From contig OY776510.1 in NCBI GenBank assembly GCA_963675665.1, positions 3,296,001-3,360,000 on the forward strand: a stretch of 64,000 bases of DNA. The letters run 5' to 3'. Positions 38,889 through 49,362 of this stretch are shown here, in pieces. The notes below the pieces were generated by a model that saw only the letters and a program-made list of their open reading frames with translations, made no database searches and was not told where the DNA came from. How positions within the stretch are numbered: the stretch's first letter is position 1; every line of letters starts with the position of its first letter. This stretch comes from Spirochaetia bacterium. GTDB lineage: Bacteria > Spirochaetota > Spirochaetia > UBA9216. The position numbers were made by a program, and so were the translations under genes.

Positions 38889-40880
38889 ATGAATGTCTCA
38901 AAACTTGTAAAAGACGACCCGTGGCTTGAACCTTATTCGCAGGTTATTAATACGCGAATTAATTATTACCTGAGTCAAAAAAAAAGGATTGAAAAGACTG
39001 AAGGTTCAACACGGGCTCATAAATATTATGGTGAACATTTAATCGAAGGCAATACGGTAATAAGAGAATGGGCGCCGAATGCAGCCCGGATTTTTCTGCT
39101 ATGTGATGCCGGGGGCTGGAATCCTGTTCCGGATTTAGAATTCAAACGGTTAAATGATTACGGCGACTGGCAGATAACGGTAAATGAAAATATATTCGGT
39201 CATGGAAGTCATTACAGAATTCTTGTGCGCTGGAACGGCGGGGAAGGCCAAAGAATCCCGGCATATGCACGAAGAGTAGTTCAGGACCCTGTAACTCATA
39301 TTTTTACTGCTCAGATATGGTTTCCAGAGAAAGAATACATATGGAAAAACAGTGCGTTAAAAAATCTTCGGGCGTATGATAAACCTCCGGTAATTTATGA
39401 AGCGCATATAGGAATGGCGAAAGAAGCGGGCGGCATAGGATCTTATGATGAGTTCAGATGTAATATCCTGCCGAGAATAATGGATGCCGGCTTTAATACG
39501 GTTCAGTTTATGGCTCTGATGGAGCACCCTTATTATGCCTCATTCGGATATCAGGTATCAAGTTTTTTTGCGGTATCATCACGCTACGGAACTCCGGAAG
39601 AGTTCAAAGCGCTTGTTGATGAATGTCATGGGGCCGGCATAAGGGTTATAATGGATCTTGTCCATAGTCACGCTGTTAAAAACGAGGTTGAGGGTATCAG
39701 CGTACAGGACGGAAGCGAATATCTTTATTTTCACAGCGGCCCGAAAGGTATGCATCCGGCGTGGGATTCAAGATGTTTTAATTACGGAAAACATGAAACG
39801 ATAAATTTTCTGTTGTCGAACTGCAGGTTCTGGATGGAGGAATACCGGCTGGACGGATTCAGATTCGACGGCGTTACGAGTATGCTGTATTTTGATCATG
39901 GCCTGGGAGCTTCCTTTGATCATTATGATAAATATTTCGGCCCCAATGTAGATAAAGATGCGCTGCTGTACCTGAGCCTGGCAAACGATTTAATACATGA
40001 AATAAATCCCGAAGCTTTAACGATAGCGGAAGATATGAGCGGAATGCCCGGAATGGGCGCCGCACAGAAAGACGGCGGTCTCGGATTTGATTACCGTCTT
40101 ACAATGGGATTACCGGATTACTGGATAAAAACCATTAAAGAAACTTCCGATGAAAACTGGAAAGCTTCAGGAATCTGGAATGTAATGAATAACAGACGAT
40201 TCAGCGAGAAACACATATCATACAGTGAAAGTCATGACCAGGCTCTTGTAGGAGACAAGACGATAATATTCAGGCTCATGGATGCTGCGATGTACAGCGA
40301 TATGACTGTTGATTCCAATTCTCTTGCTGCCGACAGGGGGACCGCATACTACAGGCTGATAAACCTGATTACATTTTCTATTGGTGGCGACGGCTTTATG
40401 TGTTTTATGGGAAATGAATTCGGTCACCCCGAATGGATAGATTTCCCACGTGAAGGAAACGGCTGGAGCTATCACTATGCCAGAAGACAATGGTCGCTGG
40501 CGGATAATGAAAAACTGCGTTATTCAAGGCTTCTTTCTTTTACGACCGACATGATAAAGAAATGTTCGGTTTCGCTTACGGGCGGTCCTGCTCAGCTTGT
40601 TCACTGCCACGATTCGGACATGGTTTTTGCATATGAAAGAGGAGGGCTGCTTTTTATTTTAAATATAAATCCGGAAAAATCTTTTACTGATTACGGCATA
40701 TGCGCAGCAGGGGGTAACTGGAAAATGGTTTTTAACACTGATGCAAAGCAATACGATGGACATCAGAGGCTGCCTCACGAGCTTCAGCTGAAATCAGTTA
40801 AACATCAGGATGGAATATGCAGGTTGAGTTTATATCTTCCCTCCAAAACAGGGATAGTATTAAAAAGGATTGAAAAATGA
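38889..40880 (+). CDS. glgB: 1,4-alpha-glucan branching enzyme (GH13_8, eukaryote/Bacteroidetes-like)
   Basis: EWAPNA, IYEAHIGM, EHPYYASFGYQV, GFRFDGVTSMLY, AEDMSGMP, ESHDQALVGDKT, EFGHPEWIDFPR. Confidence 0.92.
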   Translation: MNVSKLVKDDPWLEPYSQVINTRINYYLSQKKRIEKTEGSTRAHKYYGEHLIEGNTVIREWAPNAARIFLLCDAGGWNPVPDLEFKRLNDYGDWQITVNENIFGHGSHYRILVRWNGGEGQRIPAYARRVVQDPVTHIFTAQIWFPEKEYIWKNSALKNLRAYDKPPVIYEAHIGMAKEAGGIGSYDEFRCNILPRIMDAGFNTVQFMALMEHPYYASFGYQVSSFFAVSSRYGTPEEFKALVDECHGAGIRVIMDLVHSHAVKNEVEGISVQDGSEYLYFHSGPKGMHPAWDSRCFNYGKHETINFLLSNCRFWMEEYRLDGFRFDGVTSMLYFDHGLGASFDHYDKYFGPNVDKDALLYLSLANDLIHEINPEALTIAEDMSGMPGMGAAQKDGGLGFDYRLTMGLPDYWIKTIKETSDENWKASGIWNVMNNRRFSEKHISYSESHDQALVGDKTIIFRLMDAAMYSDMTVDSNSLAADRGTAYYRLINLITFSIGGDGFMCFMGNEFGHPEWIDFPREGNGWSYHYARRQWSLADNEKLRYSRLLSFTTDMIKKCSVSLTGGPAQLVHCHDSDMVFAYERGGLLFILNINPEKSFTDYGICAAGGNWKMVFNTDAKQYDGHQRLPHELQLKSVKHQDGICRLSLYLPSKTGIVLKRIEK

Positions 40881-42826
40881 ATGAATGGCTTGAGACGAAT
40901 AAAGCCGGCGGGTTCAGCTCTTCGACAACGATAGAGAGGAACGACCGAAAATATCACGGTTTGCTTTTGTGCCCTGTAAAAGGGCATGAGGGCAGATATC
41001 ATTTTCTTTCAGCTGTCGACGCTGCAATGCTTGACGGAAGCGGATTGACGCTCGGGACAAACAGTTATCCGGATGCTGTGTATCCGGAAAGTTATCACTT
41101 AATAGAGAAAAATGAACTGCTGCCGTGGCCGCTATGGATATACAGCCTGAACGGAACGAAAGTTCAAAAAGAAATTTTCATGCGGGAAGGTGAATCGGCA
41201 GTCTGGATTGTATTTACCATGCAGGAAGGCCCTGAAACAGCGGACATGGATTTGAAATTCCTGTTTACTTTTAGAAACAGTAATGAATTAACAAAGGCTA
41301 ATGAAGCCATTGATAAAAATATTAGACTTAAAAAAAATGGTTTTGTTATACAGCCATATGCGGGACTTCCTGAAGCTGAGGTGACATTTTCAGGAAACTG
41401 GAAAGCTGAAGTCGGACTGTACTGGGATTATAACGTCTGTTATGAGATGGAAAAGGAACGTGGACACGAATGGATTGAAGACAGGTTTGTCCCGGGGAAA
41501 GTTACGGTTGAATTAAATAAAAACAATCCTTTTGTGATAAGAGTAGGAATCAATGAAGACGGAGTCGGAAAGAATAATGACGCTGAAAAAACTTCACTGA
41601 CTGAATTATACAGAAAAGAAAAAAAAGCAAGAGCGGAACAGGCAAAGAATATAGATAGTCCGTTTGAAGTACTGAAATTTCAATCAAGACATTTTTTGCT
41701 GAAGAATCCTTCCGGGAAAAAATCGATAAACGCCGGATATCCCTGGTTCGGAGAATGGGGCAGAGATACAATGATTGCTTTGCCGGGGCTTACTTTTTAT
41801 AACGGAGATACAGCCGGCGGGATAAAGATATTAAGCGATTACATTTCGATGATTAAAGACGGCCTTCTGCCTAATACACTTGGAGAGACTCAGGGTTTTA
41901 CCTCGTACAATTCAATAGATGCAGGCCTCCTTTTCTGCTGGGCAATAGGAAAGCTGCTTAACACGGGTTACGGCAGCTTAAAGCCTGAAAAGAAGGTTCT
42001 GACTGATATTTTTCTGCCTGCTGTTAGCGCAATTGTAACGGCTTTTCTGGAAAATCGTGTTCCTGACGCCAGGCTTGATAAAACAGGTCTTATTGATACC
42101 GGCAGTATAAACACACAGCTGACGTGGATGGATGCGACAGCCTGGGGGAAACCTGTAACTCCCCGATACGGCTTTGCTGTCGACCTGAATGCCCTCTGGT
42201 ATGATGCCCTGTCACTTCTGGTTAAACTCAGTTCCGGGGCGGGTGTAGAACCCGGCGATGAAGTCAAAAGACTTATTGAAATAATACCTGGAATTTTTAA
42301 AAAAGTTTTCTGGCTTGAAGACGAACAATATCTGAGCGATACGGTTAACGAGCATGGTCCTGATAAAAAAATAAGGCCGAACATGCTGTTTGCTTCATCG
42401 GCATCGCCGGGACTTTTAAGTATGGAAATGCGGCGGGCGGTTGTGAAATGTGCGGAAGCATATCTGCTTACACCGCTGGGACTAAGAACGCTTGCTCCGG
42501 ACGATCCGGATTTCAGCGGTATGTATGAAGGCGGACCCGATCAGCGGGACAGTGTATACCATCAGGGTACTGTATGGGCCTGGCTAATCGGGATTATGGT
42601 TGAATCTTCATTAATTACGGCTGAAGATATTGAACAAAAGGCAAAGTTCTGGTCTGATTATATTTCTCACTTGCTTGACAAACACCTTTACAGAGAGGGG
42701 TGGGGATTTATTTCTGAAGTTTTTGACGGACTGAACCCGGGCAAAGGCAAAGGTTCTTTTGCGCAGGCATGGAGCTGCAGCGAGATTATAAGAGCGGCAG
42801 AATTGGTAAGAAGGATTGAGAAGTAA
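40877..42826 (+). CDS. Amylo-alpha-1,6-glucosidase (GH133, glycogen debranching)
   Basis: EWLETN..GGF, YHGLL, AGYPWFGEWGRDTMI, TWMDA, VTPR, RPN, GLRTL, YHQGTVW, SEVFDG, QAWS. Confidence 0.9.
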   Translation: MNEWLETNKAGGFSSSTTIERNDRKYHGLLLCPVKGHEGRYHFLSAVDAAMLDGSGLTLGTNSYPDAVYPESYHLIEKNELLPWPLWIYSLNGTKVQKEIFMREGESAVWIVFTMQEGPETADMDLKFLFTFRNSNELTKANEAIDKNIRLKKNGFVIQPYAGLPEAEVTFSGNWKAEVGLYWDYNVCYEMEKERGHEWIEDRFVPGKVTVELNKNNPFVIRVGINEDGVGKNNDAEKTSLTELYRKEKKARAEQAKNIDSPFEVLKFQSRHFLLKNPSGKKSINAGYPWFGEWGRDTMIALPGLTFYNGDTAGGIKILSDYISMIKDGLLPNTLGETQGFTSYNSIDAGLLFCWAIGKLLNTGYGSLKPEKKVLTDIFLPAVSAIVTAFLENRVPDARLDKTGLIDTGSINTQLTWMDATAWGKPVTPRYGFAVDLNALWYDALSLLVKLSSGAGVEPGDEVKRLIEIIPGIFKKVFWLEDEQYLSDTVNEHGPDKKIRPNMLFASSASPGLLSMEMRRAVVKCAEAYLLTPLGLRTLAPDDPDFSGMYEGGPDQRDSVYHQGTVWAWLIGIMVESSLITAEDIEQKAKFWSDYISHLLDKHLYREGWGFISEVFDGLNPGKGKGSFAQAWSCSEIIRAAELVRRIEK

Positions 42827-45258
42827 TGGAAGAATTAATTTTGAAAGGGAACTCCAAAGAAGAACTGAAAAGAAGTTTTTACGAACATTTAAAATATTCG
42901 CTTGCTGTTACGCTTGAAAACAGCCACTCGACGGATAAATACCTTGCCCTTGCGCAGACCGTCAGAGACAGAATAATTGAAAGATTGTTTATAACAAAGA
43001 AAACTCATGAAAAGCAGAAGGCAAAATGCGTAAACTATTTTTCATTTGAGTTTCTGATGGGAAGGGCTCTGTCAAATAACATGATAAACCTGGGCATACA
43101 GGATAAAATCATCCAGATGCTTGAAGAAGAGGGTATTAACTGGGAAGAAATACAATCCGCCATGGTAGATTCGGGGCTCGGTAACGGCGGTCTTGGAAGG
43201 CTTGCCGCGTGTTTTCTCGATTCTCTTGCAACATTGGAAATACCGGCTTACGGTTACGGGCTCAGGTATAAATACGGTTTTTTCAAGCAGTCTATTGTTA
43301 ACGGGTACCAGGTTGAGGATGCGGACGACTGGCTGAAATTCAAGAACCCGTGGGAAATAAGGCGGAACGATATTCCCGTAACCGTTCAGTTCGGCGGCAG
43401 GGTTGCAAGAAACAAAAGGGGTAGGTGTTTCTGGGTTGATACTAACGACATCATAGGAATTCCGTACGATACTCCGATTGTGGGCTACGGGGGAAACACT
43501 GTAAACACATTGAGGCTTTGGGATTCCAAAAGCTCGGAGCAGTTCGACTACCAGGCTTTCAACCAGGGTGATTATTATAACTCGGTTGATGAAGCTGTTC
43601 TTGCTGAAACACTTACACAGGTTTTATATCCAAACGATGCAATATATTCGGGAAAGGAACTAAGGTTCAGACAGCAGTTCTTTTTTGTAAGCGCTTCGCT
43701 TCAGGATATATTCAGAAGATTCAGGAAGCTTGGAGTCAATATATCTGAATTCCCGGAGAAGATGACGGTTCAGCTTAATGATACCCATCCCGCAATTGCT
43801 GTAGCGGAACTTATGAGGCTGCTTGTTGATATTGAACAGATCGATTGGGACACGGCATGGGACATTACGATTAAAACGCTTGGATATACAAATCATACGC
43901 TGATGCCTGAAGCTCTTGAAACCTGGCCGGTAAGAATGTTTGAAAAGTTTCTGCCGAGACATCTTGAGATTATCTATCAGATCAACCATTTTTTTCTGCA
44001 AACTGTAACCGGATTATATCCCGGCAACATGGACAAGCTTTCAAAATTGTCTCTTATTGGGGAAGAAGGCGGAAAACGGGTAAGAATGGCGCCGCTTGCT
44101 ATACTGGGTTCGCATTCGGTCAACGGAGTCGCCGAACTGCATTCAAAACTTGTAAGGGAAAAACTTGTTCCGGATTTTTATGAAATGTTTCCTGAAAGGT
44201 TTAACAACAAGACAAACGGAATCACCCAGCGGAGATGGCTGCTTAAGTCAAATCCGGCTCTTTCAAAACTCATCAGCAGTAATATAGGCGACGGCTGGAT
44301 TACGGAGCTGACCCAGCTTAAAAAGCTTGAAAAATTCACTGCGGATGAAGGATTTCTTCAGAAACTGTATGAAGTGAAAAGAAATAATAAAATTGAATTT
44401 TCAAACTATTGCAACAAAACCTGGGGATTCAAGCTCGATCCGGATACAATATTTGATGTTCAGGTCAAACGAATTCATGAATATAAAAGGCAACTGCTGA
44501 ATGTGCTGCATATTATATCAATTTATAACCGGGTCAGGGCCGGCGAAAAAATACAGCCCAGGACTTTTATCTTCAGCGGGAAGGCTGCGCCGGGATATGA
44601 GGCGGCAAAACTGATAATAAAACTAATAAATAATATAAGTTGTGTTATAAACGGAGACAAGTCCATAAACGGGCTTATTAATGTATTTTTTCTGCCGAAT
44701 TACAGTGTTTCACTTGCGGAAAGAATTTTCCCGGCAGCAGAACTTTCGGAACAAATCTCGACGGCAGGAACAGAGGCTTCGGGAACCGGCAATATGAAAT
44801 TCATGCTTAACGGCGCGTTAACAATCGGCACGCTGGACGGCGCCAATATTGAAATCCTTGAGGAAGCCGGAGATGAAAACATGTTTATATTCGGGCTTAA
44901 AACTGATGAAGTTGAGGAGTTAAGGCACTATTATAATCCGCGTGATTACCTGAACGACGGACCTGTTGCCGATGTAATAAAACTGTTGAAAAGCGGTTAT
45001 TTTAATATAAGCGAACCGGATATTTTTGATGCACTTTTAAATAATATTACGGAACATGATTATTATATGCACCTTGCGGATCTTGAATCGTATATTAATA
45101 TACAGAAAGAAGTAGGGGAAAAATATTCTGATCGTAACTCCTGGATGAAATCGTCACTGATGAACATTGCCAATGCAGGAAAATTTTCATCAGACAGAAC
45201 AATTTATGAATATGCAAAAGATATCTGGAATATAAAGGCATGCCATGTCGAAAAATAA
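42826..45258 (+). CDS. glgP: Glycogen phosphorylase
   Basis: EFLMGR, GLGNGGLGRLAACF, NDTHP, KRIHEYKRQ, EASGTGNMK (PLP lysine). Confidence 0.95.
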   Translation: MEELILKGNSKEELKRSFYEHLKYSLAVTLENSHSTDKYLALAQTVRDRIIERLFITKKTHEKQKAKCVNYFSFEFLMGRALSNNMINLGIQDKIIQMLEEEGINWEEIQSAMVDSGLGNGGLGRLAACFLDSLATLEIPAYGYGLRYKYGFFKQSIVNGYQVEDADDWLKFKNPWEIRRNDIPVTVQFGGRVARNKRGRCFWVDTNDIIGIPYDTPIVGYGGNTVNTLRLWDSKSSEQFDYQAFNQGDYYNSVDEAVLAETLTQVLYPNDAIYSGKELRFRQQFFFVSASLQDIFRRFRKLGVNISEFPEKMTVQLNDTHPAIAVAELMRLLVDIEQIDWDTAWDITIKTLGYTNHTLMPEALETWPVRMFEKFLPRHLEIIYQINHFFLQTVTGLYPGNMDKLSKLSLIGEEGGKRVRMAPLAILGSHSVNGVAELHSKLVREKLVPDFYEMFPERFNNKTNGITQRRWLLKSNPALSKLISSNIGDGWITELTQLKKLEKFTADEGFLQKLYEVKRNNKIEFSNYCNKTWGFKLDPDTIFDVQVKRIHEYKRQLLNVLHIISIYNRVRAGEKIQPRTFIFSGKAAPGYEAAKLIIKLINNISCVINGDKSINGLINVFFLPNYSVSLAERIFPAAELSEQISTAGTEASGTGNMKFMLNGALTIGTLDGANIEILEEAGDENMFIFGLKTDEVEELRHYYNPRDYLNDGPVADVIKLLKSGYFNISEPDIFDALLNNITEHDYYMHLADLESYINIQKEVGEKYSDRNSWMKSSLMNIANAGKFSSDRTIYEYAKDIWNIKACHVEK

Positions 45259-46873
45259 CAGGATATTATCTTCCGGTTACAGTTTTTCCGTAAATGTAGC
45301 GGGAAGGAATATTTTAAAAAGTCCGGAATTTATCAGGATGACCGAGACCGACATGCTTAAAATGTTCTTCAAAAACTTGGGGGAAATACCTGAAAGTAAT
45401 GGAATAAAGGACGTATTGCTGCACAGTAATATAAACGGCAACTGGACTTTTACCCGCTTTAAAAAAACGAAAGACAGTGAATATGAACTTGAAATAAAAA
45501 ACCCTCCCTGCGGTAAAGCTTCTTTCCGTTTTGCTGTGGAATGCAGGGATGGACTTTACTGGGAACCGGAAAAATACCATGAGTTACTGATAGATCCGGA
45601 ATCCATTAATTCGATTCGTCTGTATACAATTATACCCAATATAAACGGCAGGATAGACTCATGGAAAAGGATGCTGCCCGAAATTGCGGAAATGGGGTTC
45701 AACGCGGTTCATATTCTGCCTGTTACCGCAATGGGATCTTCGGAGAGTCCTTATTCAGCTTCGGAACTGTTCAGTCTTGATTATGTTTACGGAAATAATA
45801 TTCATTGTTTCAGGGAATTTGCTGAATACGCGGCCGAACTGGGTATAAAGATTTGCCTTGATATAGTACTTAACCATATCAGCAATGAAAACAGCATCTG
45901 CCTCGAACATGCGGAATGGATTATTCCGGACAGAACGCGTGAAGACGGAATGAAACGCGCCGGATGTTATCATCATGATAAATGGATCAGTTGGGAAGAC
46001 CTGGTGCTGCTTAATTACGATCATCCCAATCCTGAAATACGCGAAGAATTATATTCCTACATGCTGAAATACGTAATGTTCTGGATTGAGGCGGCGGGCG
46101 GAAGAAATGTAATGATGCGTCTTGATAACCTCCATTCGTCAAACCGGGAATTTATCAAATGGCTTCTGCCGGAAATTCGAAGGAAATATCCCGGCCTGCT
46201 GATTCTTTCAGAGTTCTTCGGAGCCGAAAACCATCTTGATGAAGCAGTTGTTGAATACGGCCTTAACCTGCTTACCGCCAACAGCTGGGAGTATCCTTTT
46301 GCGCCCATTCTGGAACGGTATATTGCGGGAATTCACAGCAGCGCCAAGCTAAGATACCTTGTCACACCTACATCGCACGACACGGAAGCCGCGGCAAAAC
46401 TGTTTGCAACTGCGGAATCCTCGATTCCAAGGTACGCAGTATGTGCCCTTATGGGAACGGGGATTACAGGGATAGTTCAGGGTTATGAATACGGGGTGCC
46501 TGAGAAAATAAACTTTATTGGCAGAAAGCCGGGGAAAGTCCCGGTAACGGAATATGATTTTAAGTCGTTTATAAAAAAGGTAAACAGCCTTTTAAAAAAC
46601 GAGCCGTGTCTTGGAAAAAAGGGAAATGCAGAGTTTTTTGATACGGGAAACGACAGTCTTATTTTATGCAGGAGAAGGGACAGTAACGGTCAGTGTCTTC
46701 TGATAGTTGTCAATCTTGATATATATAATGAACACCAGACACATTACAATATCATAGGTAAAGCTGAAACGATAATAGCTGAAAATGCCGAAACTGAATT
46801 TAACGAAATAGAAGACAAAATATTAATAAAACTGGGTGCATGCGGAGTTTGTGTAATAAGGACAAAAAGATGA
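45245..46873 (+). CDS. GH13 protein resembling the 4-alpha-glucanotransferase half of the eukaryotic debranching enzyme
   Basis: HILP..MGSSESPYS, DIVLNH, W.DLVLLNY, RLDNLHSS, SEFF, TSHD. Confidence 0.7.
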   Translation: MSKNNRILSSGYSFSVNVAGRNILKSPEFIRMTETDMLKMFFKNLGEIPESNGIKDVLLHSNINGNWTFTRFKKTKDSEYELEIKNPPCGKASFRFAVECRDGLYWEPEKYHELLIDPESINSIRLYTIIPNINGRIDSWKRMLPEIAEMGFNAVHILPVTAMGSSESPYSASELFSLDYVYGNNIHCFREFAEYAAELGIKICLDIVLNHISNENSICLEHAEWIIPDRTREDGMKRAGCYHHDKWISWEDLVLLNYDHPNPEIREELYSYMLKYVMFWIEAAGGRNVMMRLDNLHSSNREFIKWLLPEIRRKYPGLLILSEFFGAENHLDEAVVEYGLNLLTANSWEYPFAPILERYIAGIHSSAKLRYLVTPTSHDTEAAAKLFATAESSIPRYAVCALMGTGITGIVQGYEYGVPEKINFIGRKPGKVPVTEYDFKSFIKKVNSLLKNEPCLGKKGNAEFFDTGNDSLILCRRRDSNGQCLLIVVNLDIYNEHQTHYNIIGKAETIIAENAETEFNEIEDKILIKLGACGVCVIRTKR

Positions 46874-48324
46874 AAAAGATACTGATGGTGACAAGCGAAA
46901 CCGTACCTTTCGCCAAAACCGGCGGCCTGGCGGATGTAGTAGGAGCATTATCAATTCATCTGAAAAAACTGGGACATGATGTGCGTATCATCATGCCGAG
47001 ATATTATCATATTGATAGAACCGGGTTGAAAAAGCACGACGACGCGCTTGGCATATGGCTTGGCAAGGGTGAAGAGTGGACTGCAGTATATGAAGGAACG
47101 CTTCCGAATTCCAGCGTGCCGGTATATTTTATTGATCATGAAAGATTTTACGGGCGCGACGGAATATACGGGCACAGGGCTGATGAGGGTTTTAAGGATA
47201 ACGCCGCCAGGTTTTCGCTGCTGTCGCGCGGTGCGTTCCAGTTGTGCCGGATGCTGCACTGGACTCCGGACGTTCTTCACTGCCATGACTGGCCGTCGGC
47301 ACCGGCATGCTATTTACTGAAAAAAGAGGAGCAGTCCCGGGGTTTTAAAAAGACAAAAAGCATCCTGACAATCCACAATATAGGTTATCAGGGAGTTTTT
47401 GCCCTTGATGATGCAATATTTCTTCAACCCGAAACGGATATGCTTAATTTATCAACCCTTGAGTTTTCGGGTGCTCTGAACTTTCTGAAATCAGGGATAA
47501 TAACTGCGGACAGAATAACAACAGTTTCACCTACCTATGCCGAAGAAATAAAATGGCCGGAATTCGGGTTCGGGATGGACGGATTATTAAATTTCCGCAG
47601 CAATGTTCTGTCCGGAATCCTTAACGGGATCGATTATGATGAATGGAACCCCGAAACAGATAAATATATTGCTCCCGACAACTATAACGTAACCAGGATA
47701 AAACCGAAGTCCAATGTAAAAAAAAGATTACAGCAGAGAATGGGACTGGAAGCAAAACAGCGGATACCGCTAGTCGGAATAGTCACAAGACTGGTGGATC
47801 AGAAAGGAATCAGGGAATTGTTTGAACCGGGCAGCGGTGCAGTCTTCTCAATATGCCGTGACATGAATATCCAGTTTGCCATTCTCGGTTCCGGAGATGC
47901 ATGGTGCGAGGAAGAATTGAGGGTACTGAACTCGAAACTGCCAAATTTATCAGTACAGATTGGTTATAATAATGAACTTGCTCATCTGATTGAAGCAGGC
48001 AGCGATTTTTTCCTGATGCCCAGCCGATATGAACCATGCGGGCTTAACCAGATTTATTCGCTGGCGTACGGCACGCTTCCCGTTGTCAGACGAACTGGCG
48101 GCCTGGCCGATACTGTAGAGAACTACGATATGGAAAAAAATCTTGGTACCGGTTTTGTTTTTGATGATCTGAGAGCCGACGTCATATACAGCGTAATGAA
48201 ATGGGTTGTTGAAACATGGGAAGAACGAAGGGAAGATATAACAAAAATGAGGAAACGGGCAATGAAAAAGCATTTTTCCTGGGAAGATTCTGCAAAAGAA
48301 TATCTTAAGCTTTACGACAGCTGA
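46870..48324 (+). CDS. glgA: Glycogen synthase (ADP-glucose)
   Basis: KTGGLADV, HCHDW, TIHN, TVSPTYA, RLVDQKG, PSRYEPCGL, TGGLADTV. Start ATG 46870. Confidence 0.95.
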   Translation: MKKILMVTSETVPFAKTGGLADVVGALSIHLKKLGHDVRIIMPRYYHIDRTGLKKHDDALGIWLGKGEEWTAVYEGTLPNSSVPVYFIDHERFYGRDGIYGHRADEGFKDNAARFSLLSRGAFQLCRMLHWTPDVLHCHDWPSAPACYLLKKEEQSRGFKKTKSILTIHNIGYQGVFALDDAIFLQPETDMLNLSTLEFSGALNFLKSGIITADRITTVSPTYAEEIKWPEFGFGMDGLLNFRSNVLSGILNGIDYDEWNPETDKYIAPDNYNVTRIKPKSNVKKRLQQRMGLEAKQRIPLVGIVTRLVDQKGIRELFEPGSGAVFSICRDMNIQFAILGSGDAWCEEELRVLNSKLPNLSVQIGYNNELAHLIEAGSDFFLMPSRYEPCGLNQIYSLAYGTLPVVRRTGGLADTVENYDMEKNLGTGFVFDDLRADVIYSVMKWVVETWEERREDITKMRKRAMKKHFSWEDSAKEYLKLYDS

Positions 48325-48327
48325 TTT

Positions 48328-49284
48328 TTAATGCTCAATAGTCATCATATCTTCTTCATCAAGATAGAGCTGCGGTTGCGGCAGAACTTCGCCGCTGGAA
48401 AGTTTCTGCGCAATAGTTTTAAGCTCGCTGGAAAAAACAGTTTCCGGATTTGTCAGTATAACCGGGCTGCGGCGGAAGATGGACATCTGAACCTCGCGGT
48501 CTTCTGAAAGTGCGCCAAGAAAATCAATGTCGATTCCGATATTCTTTCTGGTTATTTCCTTAAGCTTGAGTCCCAAATCAATACTTTCCTGATTTTCTGC
48601 GCGGTTAATGATGACCCAGGGGTGAAAATCATTAAGCTTTTCCAGAGCGATCTGCCCTGAATTATATGAATGTGCCGTGAGTTCATTAATAAGGTCGTTT
48701 GCAAACGATCTGCCTGAGCCTTCAAGCTTGCGGTTTACAAAATTATATATAATTTCACGTTCAATACTTTTTGGCTTGAAGCTGCGGAAAAGCATTCTGA
48801 AAACTGATGTTTTGATAAAAGAATAGGCATTTAAAACGGAAGTTGTTTCAGGTGTTGTAAAAATAATACCGTATGACGACACTAGAAAGAAATCAACCGT
48901 GTTAAAGGTTGATCCGGCGCCAAGATCAAGAAGAATAAAATCTGCATCAAGCTGGTTTATCTGTTTGATAATCTTTTGTTTTGTAAAAAACGGCAGGTTA
49001 CCTGTTCCCGGACTAAGTGTGTCTCCGGGTATAAAGAACAGGTTCTCGACTTCAGTATCAAATAAAATATCATTGATAGAGCTTTCCTGCTTGTTGATTA
49101 AAGCGCTTATACCGGTGTTCCTGTTACGAATACCCAGGCATGTATGCAGGTTGCTGCCCCCGAGGTCGAGATCGATTAAAACTGTTTTTTTGCCCGATTG
49201 TGCCAAAAGAATTCCCAAATTGGCAGTAAAAATGGTTTTCCCTACGCCGCCTTTTCCGCTTCCGATTGGTATTATAAATCCCAT
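48328..49284 (-). CDS. MinD/FlhG(FleN)-family P-loop ATPase
   Basis: Deviant Walker A GSGKGGVGKT, DLDLGGSNL, DLGAG, TTPETTS. Confidence 0.85.
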   Translation of the reverse strand: MGFIIPIGSGKGGVGKTIFTANLGILLAQSGKKTVLIDLDLGGSNLHTCLGIRNRNTGISALINKQESSINDILFDTEVENLFFIPGDTLSPGTGNLPFFTKQKIIKQINQLDADFILLDLGAGSTFNTVDFFLVSSYGIIFTTPETTSVLNAYSFIKTSVFRMLFRSFKPKSIEREIIYNFVNRKLEGSGRSFANDLINELTAHSYNSGQIALEKLNDFHPWVIINRAENQESIDLGLKLKEITRKNIGIDIDFLGALSEDREVQMSIFRRSPVILTNPETVFSSELKTIAQKLSSGEVLPQPQLYLDEEDMMTIEH

Positions 49285-49290
49285 ATAACT

Positions 49291-49356
49291 ATCATATTAT
49301 TTATAATGATCTTTTTCAAACAAAAAATTGAATATTTGGCAATAACTAATTAGAAT
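49291..49356. promoter_or_regulatory. Back-to-back sigma70 promoters, both apparently leaderless
   Basis: Minus strand: TTGAAA-17-TATGAT-6nt-ATG (49284). Plus strand: TTGAAT-17-TAGAAT-6nt-ATG (49363). Confidence 0.6.
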
Positions 49357-49362
49357 GCTTAA

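Noticed and set aside
48328-49284. ParA-type plasmid or prophage partition system
   Set aside because: The sequence is FlhG/MinD-like and there is no parB, parS or mobile-element gene nearby.
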